Positions 44,437-54,348 of a stretch of 54,456 nucleotides of DNA are shown one piece after another. The stretch's first letter is position 1; each line of letters opens with the position of its first letter. The notes beneath the pieces were generated by a model. The model was not told the origin of the DNA, made no database searches, and worked only from the letters and a program-made list of their open reading frames with translations. The DNA comes from Planctomycetota bacterium. Lineage in GTDB: Bacteria; Planctomycetota; UBA11346. The position numbers and the translations under genes are program-made. The stretch spans positions 1-54,456 of the forward strand of contig JAYVSL010000163.1 of NCBI GenBank assembly GCA_043775355.1, given 5' to 3'.

Positions 44437-45261
44437 TTACTTTTTGCCGTAACCCGTTGCCGCCGTGCCATCCGCGTTCAAGTGACCGGTCGCCCACAGC
44501 ACGCCGCGCGTCACCAGGTCAAGATAGCGGGGATCTTCAACGGTGCCATTGTTGTGACCAAGAGTGGTGCTGAACACGCGGGTTTTCTTCGCGCCGTATT
44601 CGTTCGTCCAAATAACCACATTCCCAGCGTCATTCTCTTTGGTTCCTTGCTTGCCTCGGGCGAGAGCATGTGAGGTCAACACGTTAATGTTATTGTACAG
44701 TTCTTCGTTGATGGTGGTCCAGTCAGCCATTCCTTTCACAATCGGATGTTCTTTGTCGACAAAGGTAATGGCGATCGGCAACTGTGGCCCGTGGCCGGTG
44801 GTTTGCAGGCCAAGATATTCAAACCACGTCGCATTCGCTGCACCCGGAGTCACCGATTTTTTGAAGTCGCCACTGCGATAACTATGCATCGCGCAGTGCA
44901 GGTTCACGCCTGGAACACCATCTTGATGTGGCTTGAGCACACCCGCGATCACGGCGGGATCGCTAACATCAGCCGCACATTCATCATGAATAACCAAGTC
45001 AAAACCTTTGGCGTATTCCGGATTGCCATAAATCGCCAGGGGTGGCTTTACGGTGGTATCGTTGCTGTGCACCTGTTCGACCACGCAATGGGCGCGCGCT
45101 TGAATCCCGTTCTTCAGAATATCCTTTTGCTGCGCGTAATCGTGGCAGCAGCCACCAGTGATCAGCAAGATTTTGAGCGGAGCGACATCTGCCGCATCGA
45201 TAAGAGAGCCACCGACAAAGGTAGCCGTGGCGAGAACGATGGCTGACAAGTATCTGATCAT
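44437..45261 (-). CDS. Secreted ThuA-like (class I glutamine amidotransferase fold) protein
   Basis: LKILLITGGCCHDY, VIHDEC, NLHCAMHSYR, EELY, RVFSTTLGH, RGVLWA. Start placed at MIRYLS. Confidence 0.88.
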   Translation of the reverse strand: MIRYLSAIVLATATFVGGSLIDAADVAPLKILLITGGCCHDYAQQKDILKNGIQARAHCVVEQVHSNDTTVKPPLAIYGNPEYAKGFDLVIHDECAADVSDPAVIAGVLKPHQDGVPGVNLHCAMHSYRSGDFKKSVTPGAANATWFEYLGLQTTGHGPQLPIAITFVDKEHPIVKGMADWTTINEELYNNINVLTSHALARGKQGTKENDAGNVVIWTNEYGAKKTRVFSTTLGHNNGTVEDPRYLDLVTRGVLWATGHLNADGTAATGYGKK

Positions 45262-45554
45262 TGGGGTTCCTGGATGGCTGGCGGTGATGCGGTTGTCCGC
45301 AGGGTGGTTGTGGCGCGACAAGCTAGGCCGCAAGAGCGCCCTAGAAAGCCATGAAAGAGAGGGGACTGCGTTATACGTCATAATACAGCTGTTCGTTTCA
45401 TAGATCATTCAGGGCCATTGACCACGACATCGCTCAATCGCCATGAAACGGTTTAGGGCAGGTGCTGACGCTGAAGATCCACGTATTAGCCAAACAAACA
45501 TCGAGGTCCGCCAAGGAATGGTCCTGAGAGCCTGAGAGCTCACCGGTTACCTTG

Positions 45555-47270
45555 TCATTTCACCGACTGCACCAAGCGTTCGATGAACGCATCTATTTGG
45601 GCATAGGTGCAATGTGGGTTAAAAAACACGGCTTTTTCGCCAGGAACCCGATGGGTTCGGCCCAGGCTGTCGTAGGCGCCCAAGGCGAGGGCTTCGATCC
45701 AATTCGTATAGAGTCCGTGTTTGCCGCGAGCAAGGAAGTTGGCGCGATGATAGCGTGAATTGAGTTCGAGGCGTTCGTGTTTGATGGTTAATGCGACTTC
45801 AGATTGGAACTCTGCTTCGGCGTCTTTGACCCGCGCCGGGTCGTAGATACGGAACCCGACGCTCGGTCCTTGGTTTTGTGCCGCCGGCATCACGACCCAT
45901 GGCAGACCGGATAATTTGAAGCGGAAATAATTGGCATTTTGCAACGAGTTTGCGATGAGGCGACGATAACCGTCCACGCCTAAATGCATTAACGCTGAGG
46001 CTGCACCAAACATACCTGCCGCACCGCGTGAACATTCTATGGTTGCGTGAAGGTGACTTTGACCTTCGACATCACGATCGAAGTAACTGAAATTTTCCGG
46101 ATCATGCTCCAAAGCCTTGAGATCGGCGCGGTCACGAATCATGACCAGACTTGAAGTGTAGGGCACATAGCCCCATTTCTGAAAATCGACGGTGAAGGAG
46201 TCGGCGTAACGCAGCTCTTGAAATGCATCCACATGTCTGCGCAACGACGGCAACGTAGCGGCGTTGATACACAACGGATTTTGATCAAAATCATAATCGA
46301 GAAAGAAAATGAGTGGCCAGCCCACCGCTGAATCAACATGGATATGTGGCTTTACCACCACCTCGAACTCATCACACAACCGATCACGCAATTCCATAAC
46401 CGGCAGCACACGATCAACGCCAAAGGTATCCGTGGTACCCATGGTAAGCATAATGGTCGGCACTACGCAACCGAGCTGGAAACAAGACCTCAGTTGGCGT
46501 TCCAGATCGACAATATCTAAATCATTACTTGGGCGTACCCGTACACGAATCACTTTGCGCCTTAAGTTTACTCCCAATAAAGATAAATTGGTGATGTTGG
46601 AATAGTGCCCACCCTGTGAATTGATAATGCGATAGTCTTGCCCGTGTTCGAGTCCGTACTCACGCGCCAATGGCAAACTCTTACGAATGCCCAACAAATA
46701 CCCATACAAATTACAGAAGGTCCCGCCTTGCGTAAAAATGCCGGTCGCCTGAGCTGGATTGTACCCGGCTAATGTCGCAATTTGACGCACCACCATGGCT
46801 TCTAAATCTTCTGCGAAGCCAGCGTACTCACTGTAAACCAAATTCGCATTTGCCACCGTCCCCAAAATGCTGCCCATCAACGCAGGGTCGCTCGGCGTCG
46901 TAATGACGTTTTCAACGCTGGCCGGATCTTCCCAGTTTTTGCTGAGCGTTGCCGCAAATTGTAATAACGGATGAACGCCACCTGGGCTATTGGTGTGACG
47001 GGGAATATCGCTGAGCGTGCGAAGCTGGGCGAGCAACTCCGCACCCTGAGGATACGCATCTAAACGTTGCTGCGGCGGTACGAATGAATTCCGGCGTCCT
47101 TCGACTAAACGATTCAGCGTCGGATCGCGGTACATCGGCCACATATTCGCATCACGAAGAAAATGCTGACCCAGCAAATTCTGCATCTGCTGAGCAAACT
47201 CTGGCTGCAAACGATAAGCGTCGATGCTGGTCATATCAGTGGTCATATCAGTGGTCATATCAGTCGTCAT
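45555..47270 (-). CDS. Group II PLP-dependent decarboxylase
   Basis: GIFTQGGTFCNLYG, MGTTDTFGVD, HIHVDSAVG, ADSFTVDFQKWGYVPY (PLP Lys), TIECSR; AAGGA RBS before the ATG at 47270. Confidence 0.88.
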   Translation of the reverse strand: MTTDMTTDMTTDMTSIDAYRLQPEFAQQMQNLLGQHFLRDANMWPMYRDPTLNRLVEGRRNSFVPPQQRLDAYPQGAELLAQLRTLSDIPRHTNSPGGVHPLLQFAATLSKNWEDPASVENVITTPSDPALMGSILGTVANANLVYSEYAGFAEDLEAMVVRQIATLAGYNPAQATGIFTQGGTFCNLYGYLLGIRKSLPLAREYGLEHGQDYRIINSQGGHYSNITNLSLLGVNLRRKVIRVRVRPSNDLDIVDLERQLRSCFQLGCVVPTIMLTMGTTDTFGVDRVLPVMELRDRLCDEFEVVVKPHIHVDSAVGWPLIFFLDYDFDQNPLCINAATLPSLRRHVDAFQELRYADSFTVDFQKWGYVPYTSSLVMIRDRADLKALEHDPENFSYFDRDVEGQSHLHATIECSRGAAGMFGAASALMHLGVDGYRRLIANSLQNANYFRFKLSGLPWVVMPAAQNQGPSVGFRIYDPARVKDAEAEFQSEVALTIKHERLELNSRYHRANFLARGKHGLYTNWIEALALGAYDSLGRTHRVPGEKAVFFNPHCTYAQIDAFIERLVQSVK

Positions 47271-47273
47271 ATC
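47228..47273. repeat. 12-bp tandem repeat (x4) containing the decarboxylase start codon
   Basis: GGTCATATCAGT units, translated as MTTD MTTD MTTD MTS. Confidence 0.9.
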
Positions 47274-47433
47274 GTTCCTTAGCTGCGGGGGGCGCACGCT
47301 ATCTCCCCATGTCGTCAACGCCATCGTTGCCGCCATCCGCGAATTTCACTGCCGATGTACTCCTGTGTACTCGCTCACATCTTGACCATCGCGAACGTCG
47401 CCCACCCTGCCGACACCAACGTAGGGAAAACCG

Positions 47434-48810
47434 ATGTACGATCCGTTCACGATTTCTGATCTGCTCACTCGTCATCGGCAGGAGCACTTATTGGCGGACG
47501 TTAGCGCGTTGACCGCGCCAGCGCGTGATGCGTACTTGCGCCGACTTGCCGAAATCGACTGGGAGGAAATGACGCATCACGCTGAGCCACCGTCGATGGG
47601 TGACGTTGGATCGAGTCGAGTCGTCACGATGGATGAACGCACACGTCGTCGTGCGGAATTATCCAGTGCTGGCGAAGCCGCTTATCGCGCAGGACAAGTG
47701 GGCGTGTTGATGGTCGCTGGTGGCCAAGGCACCCGTTTGGGATCGAGCGCACCGAAAGGCTGTTTCCAAGTCGCGCCGCATTCGGGCAAAAGTATTTACC
47801 AACTGCAGGCAGAAAAAATCCTGTCGCTATCGCGCCGCAGCGGTCGCGCGGTGCCGTACTTGGTCATGACCAGCCCGATGACCGATGAAGAAACCCGTGA
47901 ATTTTTCCAGGCCAACGGTTGGTTTGGGCTCGACGAACAACAGGTACGCTTCTTTTCCCAGGGCACCGTGCCAAGCCTCGACCAAAACGGCCGCGCACTG
48001 TTGGCCGCGCCAGGAAAATTGCTGGAAAATCCAGATGGTCACGGCGGCTGTTTCACCGCGCTGGTGAAATCCGGCAATCTCGCGCGCCTCAGTGCCGAAG
48101 GCGTCAAGCATTTGGTCTATATCCAAGTCGATAATATCCTGGTGCCAGTCGATGACGCTGAGCTCGTCGGTTTGGCCGTCATGGAAAAAACCGACGTCAT
48201 CACCAAAGTTTTAGAAAAGGCTCACCCCGACGAAAAAGTCGGACACTTAGTTCGCGTCGGCGCCAGCGATCGCATCATCGAATATACTGAGGTCACTCCC
48301 GAACAGGCGCGCAGCAAGAACGCCCAGGGCGAATTGATCTATCGTTGGGGTTCGCCAGCGATGCATTGTTGGAGCATCGATTTTCTCGCGCGTCTGAATG
48401 CTCAAGGCTACAAAATTCCCCTGCATCGCAGCAGTAAACCACTGAAAGCGTGGTCGAACGGCAGCATCAGTGAAGTCAAAGGATGGAAGAGCGAACGCTT
48501 TATTTTCGACCTTATCCCCGAAGCGAAAATCAGCATCGGTATGGCCATCGACCGCGACGCCGAATTTGCGCCGGTAAAAAACACCAACGAAACCGCCGGC
48601 AAAGCCAATCTCGACAGCCCCGCCACCGCGACCGCCTTAGCCAGCGCTCAATACGCGTCTTGGCTGCGCGCAGTGGGAGTAAAAGTCACCTTGCCGCCAA
48701 CCTCATGCATTGAAATCAGCCCGCTGTTTGCCGCAACCAAAGCACAGTTCTTAGCTAAGTGGGATAAACGAGTGAAAGAAGTCAGCGGCGATTATTATTT
48801 GGAAGGATGA
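47434..48810 (+). CDS. UDPGP-family (UAP1-like) UDP-sugar pyrophosphorylase
   Basis: VAGGQGTRLG..PKG, VMTS, FSQG, NPDGHGG, VDN, EKVG, IEYTE, KSERFIFD, EFAPVKN. Confidence 0.93.
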   Translation: MYDPFTISDLLTRHRQEHLLADVSALTAPARDAYLRRLAEIDWEEMTHHAEPPSMGDVGSSRVVTMDERTRRRAELSSAGEAAYRAGQVGVLMVAGGQGTRLGSSAPKGCFQVAPHSGKSIYQLQAEKILSLSRRSGRAVPYLVMTSPMTDEETREFFQANGWFGLDEQQVRFFSQGTVPSLDQNGRALLAAPGKLLENPDGHGGCFTALVKSGNLARLSAEGVKHLVYIQVDNILVPVDDAELVGLAVMEKTDVITKVLEKAHPDEKVGHLVRVGASDRIIEYTEVTPEQARSKNAQGELIYRWGSPAMHCWSIDFLARLNAQGYKIPLHRSSKPLKAWSNGSISEVKGWKSERFIFDLIPEAKISIGMAIDRDAEFAPVKNTNETAGKANLDSPATATALASAQYASWLRAVGVKVTLPPTSCIEISPLFAATKAQFLAKWDKRVKEVSGDYYLEG

Positions 48811-48917
48811 GGGAATCGAAAATTCGTGAGAGCCAAACGCAGCACGTGATAGAACGCAACTCGGTGCTCTATCGCGTGCTCTATCGCGTGCTCGGTGTTC
48901 TCTCGCTGTTACAGCCG

Positions 48918-49670
48918 TTATTTCTTCCAGTCGGCCATACCGTATTGATCTAAAATGGTCTTGAGCTTACCGCTAGCGCGTAGCTCGGCGATGCCCTTAC
49001 CGAGCAGGTCGGCCCAGCGCTTCCCATTGGCGGACTTGGGCGCGAAAGCCACGTAGATGTCTTTCGCTGGCACGGCATTTCCGGCGATTTTGTATTGCGC
49101 TTTTTGTTCCGGGGTCAGGCCCCAGAAGAAGACTTGCTGACCTTCGATAAAGGTGTCGATGCGCTTGCGTTCCATCAATGCCCGCGCCTGCACCAAGGGC
49201 TCATCGCCGCCGACTTCGATGACATTTTTCTTGGCGTTCGCGGTTAAATATTTGTCGATATCTTCAGCGTAGGTGTAGCCGCGCGGAAAGCCGACTTTTA
49301 CCGTATCGAAAGATGTCACGCCGGTGTACGTCCAACTGCTACTGGCCAAGACAATCGCCTCCGTCGAGGCTTGTCCGACGGATTCACTAGGAAGAAACAG
49401 GCCCGGTAGTTCATCGCCAAGGGATCCAATCACCGCGTCGATTTCGCCAGCCTCCAAATCCTTCACCGCCCGGGCCCAAGGCATCACCTGATAGTCGATG
49501 ACGATGCCGTGCGGGGCCAACGCGGCGCGCGTGATTTCGAGCGAATAGCCCGGCTTCCCTACCTTCGGGTCGCCATTGTACGGCATCCAAGAATCGGCGC
49601 GCAGGCGGATGCTCTCGCCCGCCATCGAAACCGTGGTTAGAATCATGAGTAAGAAAACCGTACGAAACAT
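48918..49670 (-). CDS. Extracellular solute-binding protein family 3
   Basis: Signal peptide; ADSWMPYNG..PGY, MPWARA..GEIDAVIG, GYTY, ELRASGKLKTILDQYG; AGGAG RBS. Confidence 0.88.
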   Translation of the reverse strand: MFRTVFLLMILTTVSMAGESIRLRADSWMPYNGDPKVGKPGYSLEITRAALAPHGIVIDYQVMPWARAVKDLEAGEIDAVIGSLGDELPGLFLPSESVGQASTEAIVLASSSWTYTGVTSFDTVKVGFPRGYTYAEDIDKYLTANAKKNVIEVGGDEPLVQARALMERKRIDTFIEGQQVFFWGLTPEQKAQYKIAGNAVPAKDIYVAFAPKSANGKRWADLLGKGIAELRASGKLKTILDQYGMADWKK

Positions 49671-49828
49671 AAAAGCTCCTCGCTCAGGGTGACGATTGCC
49701 TCTCACCTTACCACGCAAACGACTTCAGAGCAAATCAGCGCATGCGGGCAGACCCAGGGCATCAAACGCCACAGTGCCAAAAACCATTTCATGAGGTATG
49801 TTGCACAAGCCCTGGGATTGACGGACAC

Positions 49829-51310
49829 ATGAATATTGCCACTAAGATTGCCGTGCTCGTCGCTGTGCTTGCCAGCGTCATTTTATCGGGCTTTGGAGCC
49901 ATCCAATATGGCCGACTTCAAGTCAACGGTGAGCGTCAACTGCACATCAAAGCGCAGCAATTAGCAAAACGACTCGGCGTTAGTCTGGCGGTCGCGCTCT
50001 ATAATGTGGACGACAAAGTTATTGGCCAAACGATTGATGCTGAGATGGCTGACCTGGATATCGTCGGCATCCGCGTCTTAGAAGGTAACGATCCGCTGAG
50101 CGTTATTGCCGCGGGCGGCGCGGTAAAAGTGACCCAGGGTCGTGTCAGATCAGCGACGAACATTGTAGCCGCCCAAGAATTACCCAGCCTTTTTGCGGTG
50201 GAATCCAGTGAGTCGATTCTCTACGACCAAAAGATCATTGGCGGCGTACAGGTACGGCTATCGGACGACTCCGTTCGTTCATCTTTACGCGACGGCATTC
50301 TGATCATCGTTTGGCAGGTGGTGGTGATCGACGTGCTGTTAGTGGCAACGTTGATGGCGACCCTGCGCAGCTTGATGTCCCAACCACTCGGTCGAGTGGT
50401 CGCCGTTTTAGAGGCGATGGCCGCAGGCGACACGTCACGCCGCCTGCCCACCGATCGGGTCGACGAAATCGGGCGTCTTTCCAGATCCGTCAACACCACC
50501 GTCGGCAACATGCAGTCACTGTTGGCGAAATTGGCAGTCAAAGCACATGAAACGTCCTCTGCCGCAGATGTTTTGAATCACACCAGCCAACAACTGTCGA
50601 CCGCCGCTGAAGTATCGGCGGCGCAGGCGACTTCTGCCACGCATGCGGCAGATCGCGTATCGACCAGCGTGACCACCGTCGCCACCGCTGCCGAAGAAAT
50701 GACCGCGTCGATTTGCGAAATTTCAAAAAGTGCAGTCGATGCCACACGCATTGTTGGCGAGGCCGCCGAGCTGACGCGCCAAACCACCATGACCATCGAA
50801 GCGCTCGGCAAATCGTCGGAACGCATCGGCGAAGTCTTGGGCATCATTACGAAAATCACGCAACAAACTAAGCTATTGGCGTTGAATGCCACCATCGAAG
50901 CCGCCCGTGCTGGCGAACTCGGCAAAGGCTTTTCCGTAGTGGCGTCGGAGGTCCGTGCGCTGGCCGATCAAACCGAACAAGCAACGAAGGAAATCAGCCC
51001 AACGGTCAACAGTATCCGTCGCGATGCGATCGCCTCAGTCGAAGCCATCACGCGCACGCGTGAGGTGATTGAACGCATCAACAATATTCAAGGCGCCTTG
51101 GCGGCTGCGGTTGAGGAACAGACCGCCACCACGTCGGAGATCACCCGCAACGCCAGTGAAGCCGCCCGCGGCGCGAGTGAAATTGCTCAGGCGATTGCGT
51201 CGGTGTCGCAGGCCGCCAGTGACGTCAATCGGTTGGCCACCTCGACACATGCCTCGTCCCAATTGCTCAACGGCTTGGCCCAGGATCTTACCAGCGTCGC
51301 AAAGGGGTGA
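49829..51310 (+). CDS. Methyl-accepting chemotaxis protein
   Basis: Two TM helices, HAMP domain ([11 protein letters not shown]), signalling tip [34 protein letters not shown]. Confidence 0.95.
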   Translation: MNIATKIAVLVAVLASVILSGFGAIQYGRLQVNGERQLHIKAQQLAKRLGVSLAVALYNVDDKVIGQTIDAEMADLDIVGIRVLEGNDPLSVIAAGGAVKVTQGRVRSATNIVAAQELPSLFAVESSESILYDQKIIGGVQVRLSDDSVRSSLRDGILIIVWQVVVIDVLLVATLMATLRSLMSQPLGRVVAVLEAMAAGDTSRRLPTDRVDEIGRLSRSVNTTVGNMQSLLAKLAVKAHETSSAADVLNHTSQQLSTAAEVSAAQATSATHAADRVSTSVTTVATAAEEMTASICEISKSAVDATRIVGEAAELTRQTTMTIEALGKSSERIGEVLGIITKITQQTKLLALNATIEAARAGELGKGFSVVASEVRALADQTEQATKEISPTVNSIRRDAIASVEAITRTREVIERINNIQGALAAAVEEQTATTSEITRNASEAARGASEIAQAIASVSQAASDVNRLATSTHASSQLLNGLAQDLTSVAKG

Positions 51311-51448
51311 GGCAGAGATCGTTCGGCCATCCCCGTCGAATTATCATTTTTTCAGTCGGAGATGTCGGAGATAATGGCCGGTTTCGTTTCGCCCTGGGAT
51401 TCTGGTTGGGCTTTCCAACCCCAGCGCGTCAGCTAGCGTGGAACTCTC

Positions 51449-52672
51449 ATGACCATACCCGCGCGCTATGAGCAGTTTCTTCGAGAAATGGCGGAAGCTT
51501 TGCACGCCAGCGGAGCGCCGGCACATGATCTCGAACATCATGTGATCGAATTGGGGCGTGCCTTGGGATTGTCGGTGCGTGGGTTCGCTTTGCCGACCAT
51601 GTTGACCATTGCGGTCGATGTTGAGAACGGGCAGCAGCACATCCAAATGCGACGCCTGCCGCCGTCGGATTATAATCTGACGCGTCTAATGGCGCTCGAA
51701 TCGTTGGTCGCACAGTTTTCTGGGCCAGAGATGTTCGACGAGGCCGAACGTCGGCTACAAGAAATTCGCCGCGAACCACCGCCGTGGCGTGGGATGCAAC
51801 TCGCTTTGTTTGTCGGCTTGCTGTCAGCCTCGGTCGCTGCCTTGTTTAAAGGTAATTATTTAAACATGGCATGCGGCGGTGTGTTGGGCGTGCTGTTTGT
51901 GTTGGCACTGACATGGTGTGCACGACGAACACAATTAGGCCCGGTAGCACCGTTCCTGTTATGTGTGGGTGCTGCGTTACTCGCGCACCTGTTGAGCGCA
52001 TGGTTTCCACCGCAATCGCCTTTCATCACCGTGTTGTCCGCCATCGTCCTGCTATTACCCGGTTTCACTTTGACCATTGCCATGAGTGAACTGGCAACCC
52101 AAAACCTTCTTGCTGGTTCTGGACGTTTAGCCGGCGCGTTTATGCTGATGGTCATGATGGGCGCTGGCGTCGCCGTTGGCACCCACCTCGGTCATTTGAT
52201 GTGGCCAACGCCGTTGCTTGGCACCATCACCCCCGTTCCAGAAATCGTCGTATGGTTGAGCGTCGCTGGCCTGGGTCTGTCCCTGATCGGCGTGCTGCAA
52301 GCCCCCCTACGCGCTGGAGTCATTGCCGCCTGCGCCGCCTTGGTCGCTTGGGCGGTCGTGCAACCCGCAAACGCCGTCTTAGGGCCCATCGGCGGCGCGT
52401 TAATCGCCGCCATCGTCGTCACCAGCGGCGGTTATCTCTATCAACGCCTCTGCGGTAAATCGACCCTGTTGTTTCAAATTCCTGGCCTGCTGACCCTGGT
52501 CCCAGGCAGCGTCGGATTCCGTGGTCTTGACGCGCTCATCCAACAAGACTTTCTTGCCGGCATCAAAACCACTACCGAAATGATCCTCACCGCCACTGCG
52601 TTAGCGGTGGGAGTGCTGCTCGCGCATTCACTCATGCCATTGATCGTGCCAGGACGCAAACGGAGGAAATGA
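51449..52672 (+). CDS. ThrE-family threonine/serine exporter
   Basis: ALHASGAPAHDLE, LPT, IVLLLPGFTLTIAMSELA, IPGLLTLVPGSVGFR. Confidence 0.88.
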   Translation: MTIPARYEQFLREMAEALHASGAPAHDLEHHVIELGRALGLSVRGFALPTMLTIAVDVENGQQHIQMRRLPPSDYNLTRLMALESLVAQFSGPEMFDEAERRLQEIRREPPPWRGMQLALFVGLLSASVAALFKGNYLNMACGGVLGVLFVLALTWCARRTQLGPVAPFLLCVGAALLAHLLSAWFPPQSPFITVLSAIVLLLPGFTLTIAMSELATQNLLAGSGRLAGAFMLMVMMGAGVAVGTHLGHLMWPTPLLGTITPVPEIVVWLSVAGLGLSLIGVLQAPLRAGVIAACAALVAWAVVQPANAVLGPIGGALIAAIVVTSGGYLYQRLCGKSTLLFQIPGLLTLVPGSVGFRGLDALIQQDFLAGIKTTTEMILTATALAVGVLLAHSLMPLIVPGRKRRK

Positions 52673-52738
52673 CCGCAGCGGAAACGCCACGCGGCGCCCT
52701 CTAGTCTCAGCCACGCCGACGCTACGTTGGCGCGCCTC

Positions 52739-53977
52739 ATGAACGAAAATCTTTACGACCTCCTCTTCAGCCGTGGTTTTGTGGCGCAGTCCACCGACGC
52801 GGAAATGCGCAAACGCCTGGAATCGCCGGTCACCGCGTACATTGGTTTTGATCCCACCGCTGACAGCCTGCATGTCGGCTCCTTGGTACCGATCATGGGA
52901 CTCATGTGGATGCAACGCTGTGGCCATCGACCCTTAGTGGTGGTTGGAGGCGCCACCGCGCTCGTTGGCGATCCCTCAGGAAAAACCGCTATGCGGCAGA
53001 TGCTGACGCGCGAGGACATTGATCACAACGCGCAGGCGATCGCCAAACAAATTGGTCGCGTGGTGCGTTTTGATGACAGCAGTACCGGCGCCAAATTAGT
53101 GAACAACGCGGACTGGCTCAGCAGCCTAAACTGGATTGATATGCTGCGCGCCGTCGGTCCGCATTTTAGCGTCAACCGCATGCTGACCATGGATTCGGTC
53201 AAAGGCCGCATGGAAGGCGGCGGCATCACGTTTCTCGAATTCAATTACATGGTGATGCAAGCGTACGATTTCGCGCATCTTTACCGTACTCACGGCTGCT
53301 CCCTGCAAATGGGTGGGCAAGATCAGTGGGGCAATATTGTCATGGGCATCGAACTTGGCCGACGCACCGCCGACGCCGATTTAGCGGGATTAACCTTTCC
53401 GTTGGTGACCAAAAGCGACGGCGGAAAATTCGGCAAGTCAGAGAAAGGCAACATCTGGCTGTCGGCTGAACGCACGCCAGTCTATGAATTCTTTCAATTC
53501 TGGCGCAATGTCAGTGACGTTGATGTCGCCAAGTTTTTAGGCTTCTTCACCACCTTGCCGATGGACGAAGTAAAACGCCTGACCGAACACAAAGATCAAC
53601 GCATCAATGATGCGAAAGCCGTCTTGGCATACGAAGTCACCAAATTGATTCACGGCCAAGCCGCCGCTGATCAAGCGTTGGCCGACACCAAAAAAGCGTT
53701 CGGCGCAGCGCATGACGTCAGCGGCGACAGCATTCCGCACGCCGATCTTCCAGCGAGCGAGCTGGAAGCCGGCATCGGTTTATTGCCGCTGTTAGTGCGC
53801 GCAAACCTCGCCGCATCCAACGGCGAAGCCAAACGTCTGGTGATGGGCGGCGGCGTCAGCCTACACGACACGCGCATCGATGACCCAACCCGCAAAGTTG
53901 GAAGCGCAGATATCATCGATGGTCACGTATTACTGAAAGCGGGTAAGAAGAAATTCTTCCGCTTTGATGTGCACTGA
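52739..53977 (+). CDS. tyrS: Tyrosine--tRNA ligase
   Basis: YIGFDPTADSLHVGS, VGDPSG, EFNY..MQAYDF, QMGGQDQWGN, KFGKS; C-terminal S4 domain. Confidence 0.98.
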   Translation: MNENLYDLLFSRGFVAQSTDAEMRKRLESPVTAYIGFDPTADSLHVGSLVPIMGLMWMQRCGHRPLVVVGGATALVGDPSGKTAMRQMLTREDIDHNAQAIAKQIGRVVRFDDSSTGAKLVNNADWLSSLNWIDMLRAVGPHFSVNRMLTMDSVKGRMEGGGITFLEFNYMVMQAYDFAHLYRTHGCSLQMGGQDQWGNIVMGIELGRRTADADLAGLTFPLVTKSDGGKFGKSEKGNIWLSAERTPVYEFFQFWRNVSDVDVAKFLGFFTTLPMDEVKRLTEHKDQRINDAKAVLAYEVTKLIHGQAAADQALADTKKAFGAAHDVSGDSIPHADLPASELEAGIGLLPLLVRANLAASNGEAKRLVMGGGVSLHDTRIDDPTRKVGSADIIDGHVLLKAGKKKFFRFDVH

Positions 53978-54000
53978 TCTTTACGTCCTTTATGTCTTCA

Positions 54001-54193
54001 CGTCCCAGCGGGACGCCACGAAAATAGCCCGGCACTTCAGTGCCGGGACGAGCGTAATTGATAATCAAAGTCCCGTAGGGACGACTGAAACGCTGTAAAC
54101 TTCAGCCGTCCCTACGGGACTAATCAGCTCGTGTCTGTACCTTGTTCCGGCACTGAAAGTACCGGGCTATTATCGGGCTGCCCCTCCGGGGCG
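54001..54193. repeat. ~193-bp REP-like imperfect palindrome
   Basis: AATAGCCCGGCACTTCAGTGCCGG / CCGGCACTGAAAGTACCGGGCTATT and AGTCCCGTAGGGACG / CGTCCCTACGGGACT, with short outer hairpins. Confidence 0.85.
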
Positions 54194-54348
54194 CGGACAA
54201 CATAAGATGATTATATTTTTTCGACGTGCGCTGATTCACGGAGCGCTCTACCATAACGATCGAACGAGTGGTAGGTCATTACGCTCGCTGCACAATAAGT
54301 GCCTGTTCGTGTTCGGGCACGCGGTAACAAAAGAAAAGTGGATGTCCT

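Noticed and set aside
45520-45540. Glycine riboswitch (CTCTCAGG twice on the minus strand)
   Set aside because: The two copies are an adjacent 8-bp duplication with no GGAGA..CCGAAG aptamer core.
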